This document shows, piece after piece, positions 57,178-64,000 of a DNA stretch of 64,000 bases. Origin of the DNA: a virus (taxonomy: Duplodnaviria > Caudoviricetes); the IMG/VR virus record IMGVR_UViG_3300022660_000043. One strand, given 5' to 3'. The notes below the pieces were generated by a model, which ran no database searches, was not told the origin of the DNA, and was given only the letters and a program-made list of their open reading frames with translations. The translations under genes were made by a program, and so were the position numbers. Position 1 is the first letter of the stretch; each line of letters starts with the position of its first letter.

Positions 57178-58983
57178 TTAAAACCTAATTCTATAGATTT
57201 TATCTATTTTCTGGATTTCCTGGATATGCCAAGTCCCCGTGCCAGATTCATCTTTTAAGTTGATTTCATCACCAACTTCAAGTTCTGCTATGAATTTCCA
57301 CATTAACTTGCCCTCAGGACTAAGAACTTCAACTTCATCAGTTTCAGGAATTTCAAACCAATTATCAACTGACTCAATTTCATGTTGTTTAGTGTCGCCT
57401 TGGAACAACATTCTAATTTCCTTATTATGAGAAGGGATATTCTGAATGTTAATGCCAGAAACTACGACAGGCTCATCGTTCTCGAAGAACTTAAGCTTGC
57501 CACCTGAGGAATAACGACCAGTGTCGGTACCAAGAGCATTAAGATGAAAACGAATACGACCATCAGGCCAATGCTTTACAAGACTCGGAATGACGTCAAT
57601 ATAAGTAGTAATAAGTTTTACAATACCTCGACGCTTCAAAATAAGCTCACAAATCTTAAGATCTGGGTGCTCTTCAAAAATTGCCTCAAGCTCATCTTCT
57701 CCAGTGCCTCTTGGTGCTTTCTTACTAACTGACTTACAGCCTAAAATATCATAAAATAGAATTGCAAGCTGGGCAGGAGATGCAAGATTAATAGGATCAC
57801 TTAACATATCACAGAGTCTCTTACCAAGCTTATATCTCTTGCCTGCATTAGGATTCTTTTTCTTAGAAGGCTGTCCATCTTTACCGGGCAGATAATCAGG
57901 TTCGATAAGAGTATAAGTACGTTCAAGCTCATCCTGAGATTTCTTAGACTTTTTAGGCATATAGATATGAGCAACCTGTCCACCTTTTTCTGGGTCAAGA
58001 CGCCACTTCATGATTTTATCTCTAAGACCTTCAAGTTCAGCTGCAATTTCTACATCAATCTCGTCAAGAAGCTGCTTATACTTAAGCTTAAGCTTCTTAC
58101 CAAACTTAGTATTAATACTAACACCACGAAGCTCCATCTCAGCAGTTACTATAACAATAGGCATCTCAATATTAAGGAATACCCAATAAACTCTTGTCAT
58201 ATCTTCAGCAGTCATAAGAGGCAGCTGATATTCATAGAGCTTATAAGTCATCATAGAGTCAGTAGCTGCATACAGAGCAAAGATCTCTGGTTCTACAAGA
58301 GCATACTGAATGTTCTCAAACAAACTCTCAATATCATACTTAGCCTGAGAAGGATCAATTTTTGTTGTGTACTGAGCCTTCAAACCAGCAAGCTCATTCT
58401 CATCGAGAAGACGCGCTGCTACCTGAGTATCCCAGTGTGGGGGCAATTCAATACCACAAGTAGTTTTAATAACCTCGTAGTCGAATTTGCCATTATGCAT
58501 GATAATAAATACGTTATTATCTTTAAGTCTTTGGAATTGCTGTCTACAATCCTCTTCCGTAAGCTGATTAGGTAACAGCTCTCTTGTAATAGGATCTACA
58601 TGATTAATAGGAATATAAGCTTGTTTTTCACCAGGAACATACAAACAGGGACCCATTAACTTACAAGTTACAGGATCCAAGCTGTTATTGGTCTCGGTGT
58701 CAACTGCAATAATACCTTTAGCAATAGCCTTATCAATATAGGCAGAGAAGTCATCAAGAGTTCGGATAACAACAGTATTTTGAATCTGCTTTCCGAGAAT
58801 CTTGATGACTTTATCTCTAATAACACCAAGGCGCTCCTGGATAGACAGTTTTTTAGACTTAAGGATTTTTTCAGTGTCTGCACCAACTGCTGCAGATTTA
58901 GGAGTAGATTTCTTTACAAGTTCCTTTGTGTCTTTCTTAGGAATCTCAATATTGAATTCTTCACCGAAAAGATTTCCATCCAT
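57178..58983 (-). CDS. Family A DNA polymerase, N-terminal part (3'-5' exonuclease + thumb) with Hint-like C-terminal extension
   Basis: VDTET, HNGKFD and YAATD exonuclease motifs; TDTGRYSS and NIQNIP; stops before motif A. Confidence 0.9.
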   Translation of the reverse strand: MDGNLFGEEFNIEIPKKDTKELVKKSTPKSAAVGADTEKILKSKKLSIQERLGVIRDKVIKILGKQIQNTVVIRTLDDFSAYIDKAIAKGIIAVDTETNNSLDPVTCKLMGPCLYVPGEKQAYIPINHVDPITRELLPNQLTEEDCRQQFQRLKDNNVFIIMHNGKFDYEVIKTTCGIELPPHWDTQVAARLLDENELAGLKAQYTTKIDPSQAKYDIESLFENIQYALVEPEIFALYAATDSMMTYKLYEYQLPLMTAEDMTRVYWVFLNIEMPIVIVTAEMELRGVSINTKFGKKLKLKYKQLLDEIDVEIAAELEGLRDKIMKWRLDPEKGGQVAHIYMPKKSKKSQDELERTYTLIEPDYLPGKDGQPSKKKNPNAGKRYKLGKRLCDMLSDPINLASPAQLAILFYDILGCKSVSKKAPRGTGEDELEAIFEEHPDLKICELILKRRGIVKLITTYIDVIPSLVKHWPDGRIRFHLNALGTDTGRYSSGGKLKFFENDEPVVVSGINIQNIPSHNKEIRMLFQGDTKQHEIESVDNWFEIPETDEVEVLSPEGKLMWKFIAELEVGDEINLKDESGTGTWHIQEIQKIDKIYRIRF

Positions 58984-59005
58984 GAGTATACCTCTTTAAT
59001 TTTAA

Positions 59006-60055
59006 TTAAGGAGCAATCTTAAATGCACCGGGATTAAAAGTTCTAGGAGCACGGTCAAATCCATTAGGCTGACCTTCTGCCTGCGCAGGAGCCGGAGCGG
59101 TAGGAATTGCAAAACCAGGCATAGCAGGTGCCTGGGGTGCAGTAGGAGCTGCAGGTGCTACAGGTGCTACAGGAGCTGCAGGCACCTCAGCAGGAGTAGT
59201 GGTAATACCAGGTACAAAAGTAGGTGCTACAGGCTGAGGTGCAGGCTGTACAGGAGGCTGATAAGCAGGAGTTACAGGTGCCTGATAAGCAGGAGCTACG
59301 GGAGTAGCAGGTGCGTAGCTTTCAGTTGCTACAGGAGGCTGATATACAGGCTTAGTATAAGCAGGAGCATCGGCATCAGTAGGCATAGGAGCCTGAGGGG
59401 CTCTTGCCACTTCAGGGAAAGAACCAGTGTTGAGGAACACATTAATATCCCCAGGAGTCTTCTCCCAATAACTGTGCTTAGCAATATTAAAGTTATTAAA
59501 AGCACTAAGGTCTTCAGTTACACTCTCAGGCTTATCATACAGAGGAATATAGGAAATGCTATATGTAGTCTGCATGCTATTAGCTACGCCGTTACGAGTA
59601 ACCTTAAATACACGAGTCTTAAGATCACCATAATCATTGAGAAGGTTTGCAATTTCACGAGAGAAACCAGCAGGACGTTCCCAAATTACGGGAATAGCTG
59701 CAGCAAACTGACCAGTAGTAGCATCCTTATAAGATACCATCATCTGAACATAGACCTTCTTTGTTGCCTTACCAATATCCTTGGCACCACCAGCAACTGC
59801 TGCACAAAGAGGGCAGGTATCCTGATAAGAGCCCACTGGATTAAGGCAACTTACCTTCATCCAACGCTGAGCTGCACCGAGCTGATGGACGGTAGCAAAC
59901 TGAAGATCGTTCAGAGAGCTAATATTAAAACGGACAAGGGCTTCATCTTTATCATTCTTCATCTTGAAGAAGCCGACTTTTACTGAATTGCCTTCGGAGC
60001 CACTCTGTGCTCTTGCAATTACTTCCTGATACTGCGAATAGTTGAAATTACTCAT
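59006..60055 (-). CDS. Single-stranded DNA-binding protein (gp32-like) with Pro/Ala-rich tail
   Basis: FFKMKNDKDEALVRF, H...C...CPLC Zn site and FKVTRNG...TTY. Confidence 0.75.
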   Translation of the reverse strand: MSNFNYSQYQEVIARAQSGSEGNSVKVGFFKMKNDKDEALVRFNISSLNDLQFATVHQLGAAQRWMKVSCLNPVGSYQDTCPLCAAVAGGAKDIGKATKKVYVQMMVSYKDATTGQFAAAIPVIWERPAGFSREIANLLNDYGDLKTRVFKVTRNGVANSMQTTYSISYIPLYDKPESVTEDLSAFNNFNIAKHSYWEKTPGDINVFLNTGSFPEVARAPQAPMPTDADAPAYTKPVYQPPVATESYAPATPVAPAYQAPVTPAYQPPVQPAPQPVAPTFVPGITTTPAEVPAAPVAPVAPAAPTAPQAPAMPGFAIPTAPAPAQAEGQPNGFDRAPRTFNPGAFKIAP

Positions 60056-60083
60056 TTTGTTTGTTCTCCTTTTTTAATATGTT

Positions 60084-61106
60084 TTAGTGAGTATCGCGTG
60101 GCAATTTAGCCACAAGGTTCTTTATATTATACGATACCTCAATTGAAGAATTTGCAGCTTGCTGAATGCTTCTATCGAATTCTTCTTTTGAGCATTCGTT
60201 CATATCTTTTCTTCCGCGAGGTAAGGTTACCTCAGAAATAATAATATGTTTGTCTAGTTTAGATCTCAAAACTCTAGTAAATATCCGACCAGCTTCATCA
60301 TTATCAAAAGCTGTATACAGAGTTGTGATACCAGATTTATTTAACTGTTCAATTTGATAGTCAGAAATTCTACCAAAAGTAGCACAAGTCGGATAACCAT
60401 ATTCCCAACCAGTTAAAGCATCAAAAGGGCCCTCAGTAATAACTGCAGTTTTATAACCCTGTTTAACAATGTAATCAAGGCAATAAACGGGCTTTTCAGT
60501 TTCTTTATCAAGATAAAAGCTTTTTGTATCTATCGATCTTTTTGGGATCATTACTAAATTTCCTTGAAGATCATAAGTTGGGAACATAACTTGTCTATAA
60601 ATAGGATCATATTTAACCTTAAAGAGCTCACAAATATTTCTAGATAGTTTACGTTGGCCTAAATAAGGGTGCCAAGGCAGATAATTATTTAAAATACTTT
60701 CATTAAGCTTTTTGACTACTCTCTTTGGCTTTTCAATCTGAATATCATCACCCATGTGAAAAGCTGCTGCCACCATATAGCCTTCAAAATGTTTCAAAAG
60801 CCAATTCTTAGCAAACTCTTCAGAGGAGTCAAAGCAGTGAGCTACAAATTTTAAAAACGAGCCGCTTGAGCCACAGACGAAGCAATTAAAATAGCCGTAT
60901 GGAATTTTAGAGTTGGGCCCTACATAAATGTTACAAGCAGGATGAGACTCTCGTCCTCCGCCATGATCAGGACAGGTAACGACAATATTTTCAGTACCGT
61001 CCTTAATGTCTCTTAATTTACCGTTAGTTAAAGCAATTCTAAGATGTTGCAACACATCCATTACTGATGCCTTAATAACATAATTGTCAATTAAAAGTTC
61101 TCTCAA
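60084..61106 (-). CDS. DNA primase (DnaG-like)
   Basis: CPDH...CFVC Zn finger; TOPRIM ITEGPFD and FDNDEAG. Confidence 0.88.
   Translation of the reverse strand: MRELLIDNYVIKASVMDVLQHLRIALTNGKLRDIKDGTENIVVTCPDHGGGRESHPACNIYVGPNSKIPYGYFNCFVCGSSGSFLKFVAHCFDSSEEFAKNWLLKHFEGYMVAAAFHMGDDIQIEKPKRVVKKLNESILNNYLPWHPYLGQRKLSRNICELFKVKYDPIYRQVMFPTYDLQGNLVMIPKRSIDTKSFYLDKETEKPVYCLDYIVKQGYKTAVITEGPFDALTGWEYGYPTCATFGRISDYQIEQLNKSGITTLYTAFDNDEAGRIFTRVLRSKLDKHIIISEVTLPRGRKDMNECSKEEFDRSIQQAANSSIEVSYNIKNLVAKLPRDTH
60126..60135 (-). promoter_or_regulatory. Putative early/middle promoter ATCGTATAAT for SSB
   Basis: Motif copy embedded in the 3' end of the primase gene. Confidence 0.5.
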
Positions 61107-62413
61107 TTAGCTCCACCTTCCTCATATTCGCCCTCATAGTAATTCTTAAGGTCTTCAGACTCTTCAGCACTAAGATTAGGATCGAGGAAAATAAAGTTAC
61201 CAAAATTAAAATCAGCCTTGTAAATCAGCTTGCCAGCACCACCGTCTCTGGACTTAACGATATTAATAATAAGTCTATCATCTGCAATCTGTCGTTTCTC
61301 TGGATCCTTAAAGGTAAGATCACGACTAAGCATTAAGATAGTTGTTGCGTCTTGACCAATACGGTCTGAAAGTCCAATCTGTGTAGTATCCTGTTCTCCA
61401 TCCTCATTTTTAGATCTATTCATCTGAGAAACGGAAATGATCGGGATACGAGACATGACCTGAAGATTTTTAACATCCTTAGAAATATTAGCTACTCTTT
61501 CATGAGCTACTTTTGCATGATGCTGATCTTCAAGCAAAGAATACTGGTCGATCAGGAGGATATTAAGCTTTTCTTTCTCTACAAAAGTTCTAAGGGCTCC
61601 GACAGTTGCTGGACCATTAATATCATTAGGAGTAAGAATCTTGATAGTTCCAGGACAGGTAGTCTTAATAGAATCAAGATACATCTTATATCTTACAGGC
61701 ACTGAACGATCGAAGTTATTACCTCTGGTAATTGCAGAGTTATCAATATGACCAAGAAGAGTATCCACACGGTAACCAACTTTATCTGGTGACATCTCAC
61801 CAGAGTAAATACCGACGATCAAACCTTGCTTAGCAGCTTCAACTGCAATTTTAAGCAAAGTCCAAGTCTTACCTTGGCCTGTACGTGCGGCAATAACCAT
61901 ATTCTCTTCTTTCATATCAATACCGCCGATAATCTTATCAAGCTCTGGAAAACCAGTACTGATGTAGTGATTCTTATGATTTTCAAGTCGATCCATATAA
62001 CGATCATATCTTGATGTATCAGAAAAAATATCAGTACAAGTCATAGCTGAACCTGTATGAAGGTCCTGTGCTGCTTGCGTCAGAAAAGCAGCTGCGCCAT
62101 CGACATCATCTCTCTCAATAAGCTGCTTAATTGTATTAAACTTAGAAGCAAGATAAGACTTATTATAATCAGCAAAAAGCTGTTCAATAAGATAGCTGTC
62201 AGGCTCAGTTACATCTACGATATCGAATTCAGTGAAAGTATCTACAAAAGTTAGTCTATCAGGAACTGTCTTATAGTGACTATAGTGCTCACAAATATAC
62301 TTAAACTCGGATCTATAATTAAAGAAATGATCTTCAGTTAAGTTATTAAAAGAAATTAAAGAATAATCCTTAGTCTGAAGAATTTTATTAATAATCTGAA
62401 ACTGTGAAGTCAT
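61103..62413 (-). CDS. Replicative helicase (DnaB-like)
   Basis: STGFPELD, ARTGQGKT, SGEM, IDQY, SQMNR, IGQDA and KSRDG. Confidence 0.92.
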   Translation of the reverse strand: MTSQFQIINKILQTKDYSLISFNNLTEDHFFNYRSEFKYICEHYSHYKTVPDRLTFVDTFTEFDIVDVTEPDSYLIEQLFADYNKSYLASKFNTIKQLIERDDVDGAAAFLTQAAQDLHTGSAMTCTDIFSDTSRYDRYMDRLENHKNHYISTGFPELDKIIGGIDMKEENMVIAARTGQGKTWTLLKIAVEAAKQGLIVGIYSGEMSPDKVGYRVDTLLGHIDNSAITRGNNFDRSVPVRYKMYLDSIKTTCPGTIKILTPNDINGPATVGALRTFVEKEKLNILLIDQYSLLEDQHHAKVAHERVANISKDVKNLQVMSRIPIISVSQMNRSKNEDGEQDTTQIGLSDRIGQDATTILMLSRDLTFKDPEKRQIADDRLIINIVKSRDGGAGKLIYKADFNFGNFIFLDPNLSAEESEDLKNYYEGEYEEGGAN

Positions 62414-62424
62414 TAGGCACCTCC

Positions 62425-63099
62425 TTAATTAAACAATCCGAGAGCTCTTTTATCTGAGCCTCTAAGCTCGATATCAATAGACTTGTTACAAATACGGCTT
62501 GCAAGTCTTTCTCCTAAAGCATTACTAAGTTCTCTAGGTCCAAGATTTGAAGTAAAAATATTACTCTTGCCCGCATCAATCCGATAATTGATAAGACTGA
62601 GCAAGTGGTTAAGTTCAAACTCAGAACCAGATTTTGCAGCAATATCATCCCAAACGACAATATCCGCCTCTCTTACATGCTGATTTATAAAGTCTGCATA
62701 GTCGCTATGGCCAGAAATATTTTCCTTCAAAGCGAGCAGATATCGAGGAACATTAATAAACAACGCTTGACAACCAAGATTTGACTTATGCCATATCTTA
62801 TAAATATAAGTAGTAATAAGTCTAATAGCCCAACTAGTCTTTCCATTACCACACCCATAAGAATGAAGGTACAAATTATAGCCGTCAGTCACAAAGCCCT
62901 CAATTTGTCTCTCAATTTCGGCAAGTCTACGGAATTCGTTTGAGTCCGTACCGTCTGCATCTGTTTTGAGAGCTACATGCTGTCTCTGTTTGCCTGTCAA
63001 AAGCGAGTTATTAAATAGAGTATCTAGACGGTACTGCTTGGGACAAAAGTCTTTATCACAGTCACGTCCATTACAATTATTTCGATAAATACATTCCAT
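62425..63099 (-). CDS. Helicase loader (DnaC/IstB-like AAA+)
   Basis: GCGNGKT, VWDDI, FTSN, GERLASRI and GSDKR. Confidence 0.85.
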   Translation of the reverse strand: MECIYRNNCNGRDCDKDFCPKQYRLDTLFNNSLLTGKQRQHVALKTDADGTDSNEFRRLAEIERQIEGFVTDGYNLYLHSYGCGNGKTSWAIRLITTYIYKIWHKSNLGCQALFINVPRYLLALKENISGHSDYADFINQHVREADIVVWDDIAAKSGSEFELNHLLSLINYRIDAGKSNIFTSNLGPRELSNALGERLASRICNKSIDIELRGSDKRALGLFN

Positions 63100-63120
63100 A
63101 GTTACACCTCCGAGCTTTTC

Positions 63121-63675
63121 TTACTTTGTGCCGGTACTTCCTTGCCAGCCTTCACCTCTACTGGTCTTCTCCGTGAAAAACTCTTCCTCGGTTGCCTCTA
63201 CCATTTCGATCTTGTCAGTAGAAATCATATGAGGAATAAACTGCATGATCTTCTGATCACACTCGATCTCCTGATACTTGTTAGAAGTATTGATCAAATG
63301 AAGATGCCACTCACCTTGATAGCTTGCATCAATAACAGAAGCTCCAAAAACTAGCTTCTTCTTAGTTGCAATACCAGACTTGTTGTTAGCAATCAAAGCA
63401 AGCTCGGGGCCAAACTTGCTCTTAATGCCAGAAGGAATAATAATATCCTTATGCGGCGCAATATAAATCTTGCCTCCACAGGTAATAAAAGTCTTTCTAC
63501 GAAGCTTTGCCAAAAATTTAGCAAAAGCTCTATAAGGGGTAGCAATACCGGGATTCTTAGTAATCAAATCGAATCTAAACTTGAGACTATAAGCAGGAAT
63601 ATAGAAATCAATACCTGCATTCTCATTAGGATTACGGATAGGATCCTTTACATCTCTTATCTTAATAAACTGCAT
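63121..63675 (-). CDS. dut: Trimeric dUTPase
   Basis: AGIDF, NKSG, VIDASYQGE, KIMQ and RGEGWQGSTG (five motifs). Confidence 0.9.
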   Translation of the reverse strand: MQFIKIRDVKDPIRNPNENAGIDFYIPAYSLKFRFDLITKNPGIATPYRAFAKFLAKLRRKTFITCGGKIYIAPHKDIIIPSGIKSKFGPELALIANNKSGIATKKKLVFGASVIDASYQGEWHLHLINTSNKYQEIECDQKIMQFIPHMISTDKIEMVEATEEEFFTEKTSRGEGWQGSTGTK

Positions 63676-63706
63676 ATCAATCTTCCTTTCAAAATATATT
63701 CATTTT

Positions 63707-63716
63707 ATTATACAAT
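63707..63716 (-). promoter_or_regulatory. Putative early/middle promoter ATTGTATAAT heading the replication operon
   Basis: Motif copy upstream of dut. Confidence 0.55.
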
Positions 63717-63744
63717 ACCTATTTTGGAAAATTGAATACAAATA

Positions 63745-63773
63745 GAAAAAGTCGCCTGAAAAATATCAGACGA
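63745..63773 (-). terminator. Rho-independent terminator
   Basis: GUCGUCUGA/UCAGGCGAC stem followed by UUUUU on the minus strand. Confidence 0.7.
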
Positions 63774-63801
63774 CAGTTAATCTACATATTAAATTTATAA
63801 G

Positions 63802-63870
63802 GTATCTTATAAGGTATCTTAAAATTATGTATCGTAAATTAACTATCTTTTCTGGTATCTTTTTCGTATC
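63802..63870. repeat. Array of six GTATC/CTATC (minus strand GATAC) motifs spaced 11-15 bp
   Basis: GTATC at 63802, 63814, 63829, 63855 and 63866; CTATC at 63843. Confidence 0.7.
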
Positions 63871-64000
63871 GTCGGCTTGCTGCCTACATTAAATTTAGCA
63901 GATAATATAGGCAACAATTTTTAAAATTTATTATAGTATACAATATAACTTATTGAATAATCAGTGCATTCCTAATTTTTTCATGACACTATAATACAAT

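Noticed and set aside
56040-57200. Group I intron interrupting the polymerase
   Set aside because: The interval is almost entirely filled by two ORFs with their own RBSs, leaving no room for a ribozyme core. The downstream fragment has its own RBS and start.
56000-57402. Functional split intein
   Set aside because: No nucleophilic Cys/Ser at the N-junction, no TxxH block seen and no His-Asn-Cys/Ser/Thr at the C-junction. It is kept only as a degenerate relic hypothesis.

Overview
This is a 64-kb AT-rich segment of a large lytic contractile-tailed phage with a T4-superfamily head and tail module. Strong AGGAGG-type RBSs, a bacterial beta-clamp with gamma/delta/delta' loader and pyruvate formate-lyase suggest an anaerobic Firmicutes host (inference). 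Bases 1-5.6 kb (+) hold baseplate and tail-fibre genes. Everything from 5.7 kb onward is on the minus strand: tube, sheath, neck, capsid, protease-scaffold, portal and terminase; an 11-kb block of probable capsid-packaged cargo proteins; topoisomerase IA and transcription genes; recombination genes; pflB; and a replisome. The top finding is a family A DNA polymerase fractured by an HTH + GIY-YIG endonuclease cassette. Its downstream half also has 5 extra nt (TAGAT) inside catalytic motif A, between Glu and Pro. This mirrors the T4 gene 39/mobA/gene 60 ribosomal-bypass cassette, but an assembly error must be excluded. Other notable items are a split MoxR-peptidase-vWA system and ART/SWIM and NTase/ParB polyproteins carrying prohead-protease motifs, several apparently dead host-enzyme homologues, two promoter motifs, a G-U-rich leader pseudoknot and a GATAC-repeat element. 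All calls come from motif reading by eye; no database searches were run.
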